A DNA stretch of 64,000 nt from an uncultured Corynebacterium sp. GTDB lineage: Bacteria; Actinomycetota; Actinomycetes; Mycobacteriales; Mycobacteriaceae. Below the pieces are notes generated by a model. The model ran no database searches. It had not been told where the DNA came from and saw only the letters and a program-made list of their open reading frames with translations. The DNA lies in contig NZ_CAMQAZ010000001.1 in the NCBI RefSeq assembly GCF_946998835.1, positions 12,396 to 76,395 on the forward strand, in the 5' to 3' direction. Of this stretch, positions 28,567 to 39,508 are shown piece by piece. A program made the translations under genes and the position numbers. Every line of letters starts with the position of its first letter. Within the stretch, counting starts at the first letter, position 1.

Positions 28567-29796
28567 TTAGTCCAGCGTCAGGCTCAGCTCATCGTCGGCA
28601 CCGAAGTCTTCCCCGCTGACATCGGTGTCAATGTCCTCGTCATCGTTGTCAATGAGCTGCAGATAAGCGGGGTAAATGATGGTGTCCATGATGTGCTCGC
28701 GGGTCGGCAAATCCACGAATGCGTTGTTGAGCGCGTTGGAGGTCAGTTCGAACAACTCGCTGTAGCCGTAGCCGAAGTTCTCCACCAGCTCCATGCACTC
28801 CCTGGTCATGGAGGTTGCGCCAATCAGGCGGTTATCCGTGTTGACCGTACAGGCGAAACTCATATCGTCGAGAAGCGAGAACGGGTGATCCGCAACGCTG
28901 TCACAGACACCAGTCTGAACGTTGGAGGTCGGGCAGATTTCCAGCGGAATCTGGCGGTCACGAATAGCGGAGGCTACCTCCTGGCACTCGATGCCCTCAA
29001 GGGATGCGCCAAAGTCTTCGTAGATGCGCACACCGTGGCCGAGACGGCGAGCACCCTGCACGACAGCGTCCTGCAACGAATCGACACCAGCGTCTTCACC
29101 TGCGTGAATGGTCACTGGAATGAGGCTTTCCCGCAGCATGGTAAAAGCCTCAGCATGGTTGGCCGGCGGGAAGCCGTTTTCCGGACCCGCGATGTCGAAA
29201 CCGACAACGTAGCCGTCGGAGTTCTTCCCGTAGTTGTCGATAACCAGCTGTGCGACTTCCTTCGAGTTGTCATTCTGGCGCATTGCGCAGATGAGCAGGC
29301 GCGCGGTGATGTGCTTGCCCTCGGCGGCAGCGTGGGCCTCACCCTGCGCCAGGCCCTCGACCAGAGCGTCAACAACACCCTGCATATCCAGGCCCTTTTC
29401 CAGATGATTTTCCGGGGCCAGACGCAGCTCAGCGTAGACGACATTGTCGGCAGCCAGATCCTCGACAGCCTCTCGGGCTACGCGCGTCAGCGACTCAGCG
29501 GTCTGCATGACAGCACAGGTGTGTGCGAAAGCGGTGAGGTAGCTCGGCAACGAGCCGGAGTTGCCGGTGTCAATGAACCACTGTTCTAGTTCATCCACAT
29601 CGGTGGTCGGCAGCTGATCGGTGTAACCGCAGTCCGCGGCCAGGTCGATAACGGTCTGCGGGCGCAGACCACCATCGAGGTGATCGTGAAGCAGTACCTT
29701 GGGCAGGCTGGCGACAACCTTGCGCATCTCAGCGAGATTCGATGCCGAAGACTGTGCGTCCAGAGACTGAGCATCACTGTGCGAAGAATTAGTCAT
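28567..29796 (-). CDS. add: Adenosine deaminase
   Basis: Signature LPKVLLHDHLDGGLRP, TIHAGE, and SLNTDD-like CTVNTDNRL. Has an unusual 35-aa acidic C-terminal tail. Start may be M1 or the internal MRKVVASLPK (29727). Confidence 0.9.
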   Translation of the reverse strand: MTNSSHSDAQSLDAQSSASNLAEMRKVVASLPKVLLHDHLDGGLRPQTVIDLAADCGYTDQLPTTDVDELEQWFIDTGNSGSLPSYLTAFAHTCAVMQTAESLTRVAREAVEDLAADNVVYAELRLAPENHLEKGLDMQGVVDALVEGLAQGEAHAAAEGKHITARLLICAMRQNDNSKEVAQLVIDNYGKNSDGYVVGFDIAGPENGFPPANHAEAFTMLRESLIPVTIHAGEDAGVDSLQDAVVQGARRLGHGVRIYEDFGASLEGIECQEVASAIRDRQIPLEICPTSNVQTGVCDSVADHPFSLLDDMSFACTVNTDNRLIGATSMTRECMELVENFGYGYSELFELTSNALNNAFVDLPTREHIMDTIIYPAYLQLIDNDDEDIDTDVSGEDFGADDELSLTLD

Positions 29797-29952
29797 AATG
29801 GCCAGACTATCGGTACTGTGCCCTCCGCTTCTACTTCACTGCCGCCGAATCGTGAATCTGCCGCGCATAACCGTTCGTGCTCCCCCGATTTCCCCCATCC
29901 GGGCACGCGAAATACATCATTGTGGGTGGCGTTTTACTACCCTTAGTTCATC

Positions 29953-31203
29953 ATGTTTACCTCTCGCCGCTTCTCCTCCGCCACCGCACTACTTGCCGCC
30001 GGAGCTCTGCTTCTGCCAGTCTCCGCCCCGGCAGCTATGGCACAGAGCACTTCGCTTACCGACGACACCCCAGTTGTCGGTCCGGCACCTGGCATCCGTG
30101 ACACGGAGGACTGCCCGTACAAGACTCTGCCACCAGCTCCAGTGGATTCCTCGGAAGTTCCGGCCCCTGGCAAGACCTCTCCTACTCCACTGCCAGTTCC
30201 CAAAAAGCCGGCTGGAGGTACAAAGATGTCCGCCTGCGGCATCGTTAGCGGTAAGGACTTTGAGGTCCCGAAGGATATCTCCGCCTCCGCGTGGACTGTG
30301 TTCGATTTGAAATCCGGCGATGTCATTGCTGCGAAGGACCCGCACGGCCGCTACCGCCCGGCATCGATTATCAAGGTGCTACTGGCAATGGAAGCGCTGG
30401 AGGATTTAAAACTAGACGACCGCGTGAAAGCGACCTTCGAGGACGCGAATATGGAGGGCTCCCGCGTCGGCATCGTCGAAGGTGTGAACTACTCGGTTGA
30501 GACACTGTTGACCGGGTTGTTACTCAACTCCGGCAATGACACTGGTCACGCGCTGGCCCGCGAACTGGGCGGCATGGCTAAGACCGCTGAGAAGGTCAAT
30601 GCCCTGGCGAAAGAACTGGGTGCCACAGATACCCGAGTAGTAAACCCCACTGGTCTCGATGCTCCGGGACAGATGACTTCGGCCTACGACATGTCACTGT
30701 TCTTCCAGCATGCATTCAACAACCCGACTTATCGCAAAATCTCGGCGACTCACTTAGCCACTATCCCCGGCGACAAGAACCTCAAGGTTGATGACTTTGA
30801 GATCGCTAATGACAATCAGTTGATTGCCCAGGACTACCCCGGCGCACTGGGAGGCAAAACGGGTTTTACTGACGATGCCCGTCACACCTTCGCCGGGGTG
30901 GCCGAGCGCGACGGCCGTCGTCTTGGCGTGGTTGTCCTCGACGTCACTGTTGAGGATTCACCGCGTGCCTGGGAGCAGGCGGCATCGCTTCTCGACGCCG
31001 GTTTTGCGGCACCAAAGGACAGTTCCGTCGGTGTCCTCGAAGCGAGCGCCGACGAAGATAATTTGGCAGAAAAATTGCCCGACCTCCTGGATGGTGAATC
31101 AGCAGGAGACGGGCTGAAAATTACTGTCAGTGCCAGCGTGGCAGTCGTCATCGCTTTGATTGCGATGGTGACCTACCGCGCTGGTAAGCGCAAACGCGAC
31201 TAG
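29953..31203 (+). CDS. dac: D-alanyl-D-alanine carboxypeptidase (PBP5/6-type serine peptidase S11), C-terminal membrane anchor
   Basis: Signal peptide, SxxK (RPASIIKV), SxN (LNSGND), KTG (GKTGFT). C-terminal TM ITVSASVAVVIALIAMV followed by RAGKRKRD. Confidence 0.85.
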   Translation: MFTSRRFSSATALLAAGALLLPVSAPAAMAQSTSLTDDTPVVGPAPGIRDTEDCPYKTLPPAPVDSSEVPAPGKTSPTPLPVPKKPAGGTKMSACGIVSGKDFEVPKDISASAWTVFDLKSGDVIAAKDPHGRYRPASIIKVLLAMEALEDLKLDDRVKATFEDANMEGSRVGIVEGVNYSVETLLTGLLLNSGNDTGHALARELGGMAKTAEKVNALAKELGATDTRVVNPTGLDAPGQMTSAYDMSLFFQHAFNNPTYRKISATHLATIPGDKNLKVDDFEIANDNQLIAQDYPGALGGKTGFTDDARHTFAGVAERDGRRLGVVVLDVTVEDSPRAWEQAASLLDAGFAAPKDSSVGVLEASADEDNLAEKLPDLLDGESAGDGLKITVSASVAVVIALIAMVTYRAGKRKRD

Positions 31204-32229
31204 TTACTGAGAACCGAGCAGGCGGTTCAACCCAGTCGGGTTGGCCGCTTCCGAACGGACGTTAATAACAGCAGGAGCAGGTGCGTCCAACTCTTCGTCG
31301 GCAAGCGCCTCTTCGGTCGTTGCAGTCCAAGCGGTGGCGTACATAGTGATGCGCCAGATGAGGTAGAACACGACCATCAGACCGATGACGGGACCGAAGA
31401 CTGCACCGGCCGGGTTCGACAGTGCGTTGGAGAAGAAGACGCTACCGAGCTGCTTGACAACCTCAAAACCAATAGCGCCAATAATCGCGCCCTTCGCCGC
31501 CGAGCGGAATGGTGCGCCGCCGCGTGGCAGAAAAGCGAGCATCCAGAAGAACAACAGCCAGTTGGCAACAAGGCCGATGGCGATGGCAATCAAGCCGGCG
31601 ATAATGGTAATTCCCGGAATGTGCCCCAGGCCTACCTTGTCCAGCAGAGACTGCGTCAGCCCGGACGAGCCGGCCGCGGTGACAGCGAAGGTCAGCAAAA
31701 TCATCACCAGCATGCCCAGCAGACGCAGCAGGTCACGAACCTTGCCTACCACGAAGTTGCTAGCGCCCAGCGGGCGCTTCCACAGCTGTGTCACTGCGTT
31801 GGAGAGATTGCTCATCCACCCCAGACCCGACCACAGGGTGGCAATGAAACCAACCGTGAAGACGCCACCAGCCTGATCAATTGCGCCCTCGATGATTGCG
31901 TTGATGGTGTCGCCCATCGACCCATCGATGGAGTCGGTAATAGCGGACTGAATTTGCTCGAGCAGCTGCTCATTACCTCGCAAAACAAGGGCGAGGATGG
32001 CAAATGCCGTCATGATTAGCGGGAAAATCGACAGCACGGAGAAGTACGTAACAGCGGCGGCAAAGAAATTGCCACCCTGTTCGGCGTAGCGCTCCTGCAT
32101 CCGCATAATGTGATCGAACCACTCCCACTTTTCGCGGAGGCGGTCGATGGCGCTCGGTTCATCGGCGTGTACACGCTCGATGCCATAGCGGTCCGTTCTC
32201 TTCGGATCTTTTTGAGTAGAGGTTGCCAT
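31204..32229 (-). CDS. YihY/BrkB family inner membrane protein
   Basis: 341 aa, 6 TM. The N-terminal pattern FFAAAVTYFSVLSIFPLIM is typical of the YihY (RNase BN-like) family. Confidence 0.8.
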   Translation of the reverse strand: MATSTQKDPKRTDRYGIERVHADEPSAIDRLREKWEWFDHIMRMQERYAEQGGNFFAAAVTYFSVLSIFPLIMTAFAILALVLRGNEQLLEQIQSAITDSIDGSMGDTINAIIEGAIDQAGGVFTVGFIATLWSGLGWMSNLSNAVTQLWKRPLGASNFVVGKVRDLLRLLGMLVMILLTFAVTAAGSSGLTQSLLDKVGLGHIPGITIIAGLIAIAIGLVANWLLFFWMLAFLPRGGAPFRSAAKGAIIGAIGFEVVKQLGSVFFSNALSNPAGAVFGPVIGLMVVFYLIWRITMYATAWTATTEEALADEELDAPAPAVINVRSEAANPTGLNRLLGSQ

Positions 32230-32300
32230 GTCCCCTACCTTAACGTGCCAGCTTTCAGTACGAAGACTGATGCGCGGAGTCTATGGCATCTATGGCGGAA

Positions 32301-33416
<1,116 letters not shown>

Positions 33417-33491
33417 CTACGACGTTTTTGCAACTGCTGCGCCTATGACAACAACGTCGGTGCCTATGACGACAACGTCGGCTTTCACGTA

Positions 33492-33923
33492 CTAACGCTG
33501 ACGCTTCTCAGAACCCTGTTCGGCGAGCATTCGATCGGAGAGCAGTTTGACGGTTCTCGCGGCAGCGGCCGGTGATTCCTCGGGGTACAGCGCACGAACC
33601 AGGGTGACCGCCGGGCGGATACCGTGTTCGGCGAGCACGCTGCGAACACGCTCGCGCTCCCCCTGGGTCAACTCCAGTGGTGCCACAGGTGGCCTGCGCG
33701 TGTATGACACGACCATCACAACGCCCAGCAGCACAATGAGTCCGAGGGAAATCCACAGCGGCCATGAGTAGACAAACGACAGCACGATAAACGCGACGAT
33801 GACACCGGAGATTACGACCACCGGAACATTGACGGCAGTGCCCGGATCGTTTTGCAGACTCCGCGCGATGGCTTCCAAATCGGCCATTTGGTGCCGCTTG
33901 TTATCGCTCTCGCCGTTTTTCAC
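33492..33923 (-). CDS. Hypothetical small membrane protein (2 TM)
   Basis: 143 aa, two adjacent TM helices, basic/helical C-terminal region. No recognisable motif. Confidence 0.45.
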   Translation of the reverse strand: MKNGESDNKRHQMADLEAIARSLQNDPGTAVNVPVVVISGVIVAFIVLSFVYSWPLWISLGLIVLLGVVMVVSYTRRPPVAPLELTQGERERVRSVLAEHGIRPAVTLVRALYPEESPAAAARTVKLLSDRMLAEQGSEKRQR

Positions 33924-34029
33924 TGGGGATGCCCTCTCCTTTCCAGGCCCGCTCCAAGTTCTTCTTTAAATCTTAGGCGTTTACGTCAGAAGTACCGAAC
34001 AGACCCACGGGTATTATTGGGCTGATTCA

Positions 34030-36741
34030 ATGCTGTTACCCGTCAGGAGTTCCATGCTCGCAGCCATTGCGGTTACCGTCTTTATTCTTTTGGTTCCGGG
34101 CACACTTCTCGGTTGGGCCAGTGGGCTGCGCTCAACCCTCGCACTTGCGTCTGCTGGGCCATTGACGCTGGGAGTAGTAGGTTTTTCGGCGTGGCTTTCC
34201 CACGCGCTCGGTCTCGATTACTCCTGGCTTTTCGTGATGGGCATATGGGCGTGGTTCTGCGCAGTCGGTTACCTGGTGCGCAGATTCCTTCCCCGCGCGA
34301 CACCCGAAGATGGCTTCGACTCCGGGGTCGTCACCGCGATGATTGTCGCAGGGGTTACGGTGGTCGGTTCGGTTCGCGCCATGCTCATGCTTAACGACGT
34401 CCCCGGCGGCCCCGGCGCTATCCGCGAAGCCTGGGACATGCTCTGGCACACCAACTTCCTCCGGTTCATTGATGAGGTCGCGATAGCGTCCCCCACCGCG
34501 GCCGGTGACCTGATGAATCAGGAGACCGGAGCCGAAATGTTCTACCCGACCGGCTGGCATGCCGTGGCGGGGCTGCTGCCCGGCTCGGTCTTCCTCGATT
34601 CCAATGTATTTGCATTCTTGGCGCCGGCGCTGCTTCTGCCTGCGGCAACTGCGGTGCTAGCCCGCACCGCAGTTGGCCCTAAGTGGGCTGCCTATGCTGG
34701 TCCTGCAGCTGCCGTCGCTACGCTCATGCTTCCGGAGGTTTGGGTGGCCCTCTGGCGCACATCCTCCATGCCATACCTGCTGGCGGTGGCCGCCTTGCCG
34801 ATTGCAGTGGCGCTGACTATGCGGGGCTACATTATTCCTGCCACGCTCGCCTTGGTCGGTACGTTTATTACCCATCCGGCAGCGGCTTTTGCTGCCATAG
34901 TGTTCGTCGTATTGCGGTTGATTACCCAGCCGAGTGTGAGTGGTTTAGCTCGTACGCTAGTTATTGGTGTGCTCACGTTTGCGATGACCTTCCCCGTGGT
35001 GGTGGCTGCAAAAGGGCAGGGCGAATCCGTTGCCGGCTTTACCGGACAGATTGAGATCTCTCGCTCCGAATCTCTGTGGTGGTCCCTTATCGGTTCTTCC
35101 AGTTACGCCGATGAGGCCAATTTTTCCCTCGTTGTGCTGGTTCTCATGTTGATTGGCCTGGTGGTGGCGCTTGTGTCTCGTCTGCCGGGAAGTCCATGGG
35201 CACCGTGGCCGGCGCTGGCTTTCGGGCTGTTCTTCATGGTTTCCGATAGTGCGCAGTCCCGTTGGTCGGAGCCGGCCGGCGGAATTTTCAAGTTGGTCGG
35301 TACTTTCTTCTACGACATGCCGTATCGCATCCAGGCGGTGATGGGAATCTTGCGTGCGGTGCTGGTCGGCTACGCAGTAGCGGCTGCTGTTGTGGCGATT
35401 GTGGCTGTGGCGCAGTGGATCGTCGCAAAGCGAAATGAACCTGCCCGCGCGTGGAATCCCGCGCTGGCGGTGGGAATTGTTGCGGCGCTGGCAATTGTGC
35501 CGACGACGTGGGTGAGTGGACCTGCCCAGCGTGAGGCGATTCGGGCCAGTTTCGGCAATATGTTTGTGACGGCCGCGGACCGTGAGGCGATTGGTTGGTT
35601 GTCCAAGCAGCCACATGCGTTTGAGGGGCATATTCTCAACGACCGCCGTGACGGTTCTGCGTGGATGTACGCCATCGCTGGGCTGCCAACACTATTCCGC
35701 CATTTCTCCTTCCCCGACAAAACTGCCGAGGTGAGTAAGAAGCTGCCGCCGAATGTAGATCTGCTCGGCGCAGATTCGAAATACGATGCCATGGCGCGGA
35801 AGCTGGGCGTGCACTACATCATTAGTTCCCCGCCGGGTGTGAACACGGATGGCACGGAGGCGCTGTCGATGCGCTCGTGGGCGTGGCATTCACCGGGACT
35901 GACACCTGTATATCACGACGGCTCGGTAATGATTTTTGCTGTCAACGCGATGTTTTCACCAGCGGAGCTGAAGTCGATTGTCAAAGGTTCCCCGCATCGC
36001 CCGGCGCGCCCTAACCCGCTGTGGATGCCTCCGCGCCAGCCGATTCTGCCCTCCCCCGACGAGGCCGTCGACCCGCTTGTCGGCGCGCGCATCACAGTCG
36101 ATTCCAGTCGCGCGGCTATCGATGCCATCAACTCCAATCTGCCAGGTGAACTGCAGTTGAGTGAAAAGAGCTCGCCTCACATCGATAGCATCGTGAAACG
36201 CGCGCGCACCAAGCTCCGTCAGCGCGGCGCAATCATCGGCGCACGTTCGCTTGCCGACGGCACGGCGAGCGCAGCCACCGTAATCGTTGGTCGCTCATCC
36301 GAGGGCAAAACTCTTTCGGGAGATAACATCGGCGATCGTGGTTTTTCGGTCTCCGCTGTAGTCAACTCCCCTGTCCCCAAGGACGACGCTCCTGCTGATT
36401 GGCAGTTGGCGGCGGGTGTACGTGACGGAATGGTTTTCCGTGGCTTCAATCCACACAGCAGTTACAGCGCCAGCGGGGTGCCGACAGAGTTTCGTACCGG
36501 GCTAGCTCCGGCAGTGGCGGCGAATCCGAGTTCGCGGCCGCATGCGCCGACGGTTGCGCTGTCGCTGGGCGCGGTGGGTGCCGCGACGCTCACCAACGAT
36601 TTGGCCGACCCCGCCATGCAGGACAAATGGGCTGATGCCATCGTCGATGGCGTCGCGTCTATGCTGCGGCAAAACCGGCAGCTCGTAACCGTTCCCAAGC
36701 CGCAGCTAATCTCGGAGCGCGCTGGCGTTAGAGCGCGCTAA
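34030..36741 (+). CDS. Large polytopic membrane protein (about 12-14 TM N-terminal domain plus 400-aa extracytoplasmic C-terminal domain); possible GT-C-type glycosyltransferase (DUF6541-like)
   Basis: 903 aa. The N-terminal 500 aa are hydrophobic with acidic loop motifs (AWDMLWHTNFLRFIDE). The C-terminal soluble domain carries Pro/Ala-rich segments. The architecture resembles the cell-envelope arabinosyl/mannosyl-transferase-like GT-C proteins of Corynebacteriales. No specific family was confirmed. Confidence 0.55.
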   Translation: MLLPVRSSMLAAIAVTVFILLVPGTLLGWASGLRSTLALASAGPLTLGVVGFSAWLSHALGLDYSWLFVMGIWAWFCAVGYLVRRFLPRATPEDGFDSGVVTAMIVAGVTVVGSVRAMLMLNDVPGGPGAIREAWDMLWHTNFLRFIDEVAIASPTAAGDLMNQETGAEMFYPTGWHAVAGLLPGSVFLDSNVFAFLAPALLLPAATAVLARTAVGPKWAAYAGPAAAVATLMLPEVWVALWRTSSMPYLLAVAALPIAVALTMRGYIIPATLALVGTFITHPAAAFAAIVFVVLRLITQPSVSGLARTLVIGVLTFAMTFPVVVAAKGQGESVAGFTGQIEISRSESLWWSLIGSSSYADEANFSLVVLVLMLIGLVVALVSRLPGSPWAPWPALAFGLFFMVSDSAQSRWSEPAGGIFKLVGTFFYDMPYRIQAVMGILRAVLVGYAVAAAVVAIVAVAQWIVAKRNEPARAWNPALAVGIVAALAIVPTTWVSGPAQREAIRASFGNMFVTAADREAIGWLSKQPHAFEGHILNDRRDGSAWMYAIAGLPTLFRHFSFPDKTAEVSKKLPPNVDLLGADSKYDAMARKLGVHYIISSPPGVNTDGTEALSMRSWAWHSPGLTPVYHDGSVMIFAVNAMFSPAELKSIVKGSPHRPARPNPLWMPPRQPILPSPDEAVDPLVGARITVDSSRAAIDAINSNLPGELQLSEKSSPHIDSIVKRARTKLRQRGAIIGARSLADGTASAATVIVGRSSEGKTLSGDNIGDRGFSVSAVVNSPVPKDDAPADWQLAAGVRDGMVFRGFNPHSSYSASGVPTEFRTGLAPAVAANPSSRPHAPTVALSLGAVGAATLTNDLADPAMQDKWADAIVDGVASMLRQNRQLVTVPKPQLISERAGVRAR

Positions 36742-36785
36742 TCTGCGGGGTTGGGCTGGCAATTCCACCCGAGACACCCAGAGTT

Positions 36786-37742
36786 TTAGCGGTACTCCAC
36801 AATCACCGGCGCGTGGTCAGTCCAGCGCAGGTCGTACGCTGCAGGTTTATCCACCACCGAGCTGACCGCACGCTTGAGCATCGGTTCGGTAGCCGCCTGG
36901 TAGTCAATGCGCCAACCGGCATCGGTATCGAAAGCCTTACCGCGGTAGGTCCACCAGGACCAGGGGCCGTCGGCCTCTGGGTGCAGACGACGAGTGACAT
37001 CAAACCACACCGGATCGTCGTTGAGCGCCGGGGCCTTCCACACAGAACCGTCGGAGAAGGTACCGGATTCCATCTCCTTCTCGCTGGCCTGAACCTGCGA
37101 ATCCTGCGGGGCCTCGTCCGGCCAGCAGCCGAAGACCGAGTCCATCCAGGCACGCTCCTGCGGCAGGAAACCGCTCTTGCGACGGTTGGTCTTCCAATTC
37201 TTCAAATCCTGCTCGCGGTGGCAGATATTCCAGTCACCGCCGATAACTGCGTGGTGCCCATCTCGCCCCTTCGCACCCAGTTCCGCCAGGTAGTCGGAGA
37301 AAGCATCGAGGAAACGGTACTTCTCATCCTGCTTCTCGCTGAGCGCAGCGCCAGAGGGCAGATAGAGGCTGGCAACCTGGACATCCGCATCCAGGCCGGT
37401 GTCCGCTGCCGGGGCAACGCCGCTGATAAACCGACCGGACTCTTCGAACTCCTCCGAGCCGATGCCCACCTGGACGTCGTTAAGCGGAAAGCGAGAGAGA
37501 ATGCCCACGCCGGCGCGCCCCTTGGCACCCAGATTTTCTGCACCAACCCAGTGCCATCCGGCGTCGAGAGCAGGCGCGAGGGCCGTGCGCGCCTGGTCGT
37601 CGGTGGCGCGGACTTCCTGCAGCAAAACGATGTCGGATGTGGTGTGCTTCAGCCACTCCAGCAGTCCCGGGTTGGTCTCACTGCGCTGTTTGACGGCGGC
37701 GCGAATGCCGTTGACATTGATCGTCGCGATTGTAAGGCTCAT
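36786..37742 (-). CDS. xthA: Exodeoxyribonuclease III (EEP family AP endonuclease)
   Basis: N-terminal MSLTIATINVNGIRAA, LLQEV, and catalytic GDWNICHRE...WTDHAPV. Confidence 0.85.
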   Translation of the reverse strand: MSLTIATINVNGIRAAVKQRSETNPGLLEWLKHTTSDIVLLQEVRATDDQARTALAPALDAGWHWVGAENLGAKGRAGVGILSRFPLNDVQVGIGSEEFEESGRFISGVAPAADTGLDADVQVASLYLPSGAALSEKQDEKYRFLDAFSDYLAELGAKGRDGHHAVIGGDWNICHREQDLKNWKTNRRKSGFLPQERAWMDSVFGCWPDEAPQDSQVQASEKEMESGTFSDGSVWKAPALNDDPVWFDVTRRLHPEADGPWSWWTYRGKAFDTDAGWRIDYQAATEPMLKRAVSSVVDKPAAYDLRWTDHAPVIVEYR

Positions 37743-37785
37743 GCCCTCATACGTTACCTATGCGCGCACTACGCCTTGCAGCTTC

Positions 37786-39093
37786 CTAGCGCAGTTCGAC
37801 GCGCTCGGTCTTCTTCGCCTGTGCGCGGCGGTAGAGCACGATTGTCGGCAGGGCGATGAAGATTGCCAGTACCGCAAGCAGCGCGCCGCCCAGAGCCGGT
37901 GCACGATATCCATAACCGGAAGCGATGACCCAACCGCCGAGCGCCGCACCGAACGCGTTAGCCATGTTCAATGCGGCCTGGTTGAGCGCTGCCGCCAGCG
38001 TCTGTGCGCGACCGGCGACATCCATCAGGCGGGTCTGCAGGTTCGGCACCAGCACTGATCCCAACAGACCGATAATGAGGAAATTGATTGTTCCCAGTAG
38101 CGCATTCTGCGAGGTGAAGTAGAACGCACTGAGCATGATTACCATCAGCACCAGCGCCACCATAATGCCCCACTCGCCGATGCGATCGGAGAGCCAACCG
38201 CCGATGTAAGTACCGACCACCATGCCGATGCCGTAGGCCATCAGCACAACCCAGATGTGGTTTTCGCTCATGCCCGCTTCGCGAGTCATGGTCCAGGTGA
38301 TGTAGGTGTAGACCGCGAACATGCCACCGAAACCGACCGTGCCGATTGCGACAGTCAGCAGCACCTGCGGTGTCACCAGCGCCGACAGCTCATCCATCGG
38401 GCGGGTCTTCGGCATACGGTTCATGTGCGGCACGGCGAACCACAGCGAAACAAATGCAATCAGGCCGATGACCGCGACAAATGCGAAGGCGCTGCGCCAA
38501 CCGTACATCTGCCCCAGCACCTGCGCAGCCGGCACACCAATCACCGTCGCCACCGACAGTCCCACACCTGACAGCGCCACCATCTTGCCGCGCTGCCCAG
38601 GCTTAGCCAGGGAGGCCGCTACCAGACCCGCCACCGAGAAGTACGCACCGTGGGGCAAACCAGCAATGAAGCGAGACACCATCACAGCTTCGAAGGAGCC
38701 CAGGGTGCCCGCCCACACCGTGGCACCATTGCCCACGGTAAATGCCGCCATCAGCAGCAGGAGCATGCGCCTGCGCGGAATAGAGCCGGTCAGCACTGTA
38801 ATCAGTGGCGCGCCCACGACAACACCGAGGGCGTACATCGAAATCATGCGCCCCGCAGCATCCTCATCGCGGCCGAACGCGTCAGCGATGTATGGCAGCA
38901 GCCCCATGGCCACAAACTCGGTGACGCCAATGCCGAATGCGCCCACCGACAGCGCCACAATCACCAGGATTCGGCGTGCGTCAGAGATGTCGTCCTGCAC
39001 CGGGACCGGACGACGACGCGAGTTGAGCGATCTCGCACGGCGGGCGTGCGGATTGTCGTCGTGGTGGGTTACTCCTTCGCTTGACGACGTCAT
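37786..39093 (-). CDS. MFS transporter (12 TM)
   Basis: MFS motif region GLLPYIADAFGRDEDAAGRMISMYALGVVVGAPL. Start at MTSSSEG; the track ORF extends 38 codons upstream. Confidence 0.8.
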   Translation of the reverse strand: MTSSSEGVTHHDDNPHARRARSLNSRRRPVPVQDDISDARRILVIVALSVGAFGIGVTEFVAMGLLPYIADAFGRDEDAAGRMISMYALGVVVGAPLITVLTGSIPRRRMLLLLMAAFTVGNGATVWAGTLGSFEAVMVSRFIAGLPHGAYFSVAGLVAASLAKPGQRGKMVALSGVGLSVATVIGVPAAQVLGQMYGWRSAFAFVAVIGLIAFVSLWFAVPHMNRMPKTRPMDELSALVTPQVLLTVAIGTVGFGGMFAVYTYITWTMTREAGMSENHIWVVLMAYGIGMVVGTYIGGWLSDRIGEWGIMVALVLMVIMLSAFYFTSQNALLGTINFLIIGLLGSVLVPNLQTRLMDVAGRAQTLAAALNQAALNMANAFGAALGGWVIASGYGYRAPALGGALLAVLAIFIALPTIVLYRRAQAKKTERVELR

Positions 39094-39508
39094 TGCGACC
39101 GTCTCCTTTTCTTCACCTAGGCCAGCTGGCTGATTCTTCGTGCCCTCGACTTTTCCTCCCTGCGGCAATGTGCCGAAAATCGCGATGGAACGCGAGGGAA
39201 GCCGCAAGGGAAAAAATGAGACTCTACTCCCCCACGCAAAAACTTCACCATTTTAAACCGCCACTTCCGAGGTATTTGTGTGCGGAATTACATCAACGCC
39301 CGTAGATGGTGCGCAATCACACTGCTACCTCATAATCTTCCTAAGTGATTTTTGCGAGCTCGTCGTTCACCAAAGGTTGCCCCACCCTCCCCGACCATCA
39401 CGTTGCATTAGGGAGTATTAGGGCCTCCAGTGCCAACCCACTACCCACCCGGTAAATTGTTTTAAAGAATATTTTTGAACTGCAATACGGATAGGATCCT
39501 GATTCGCT

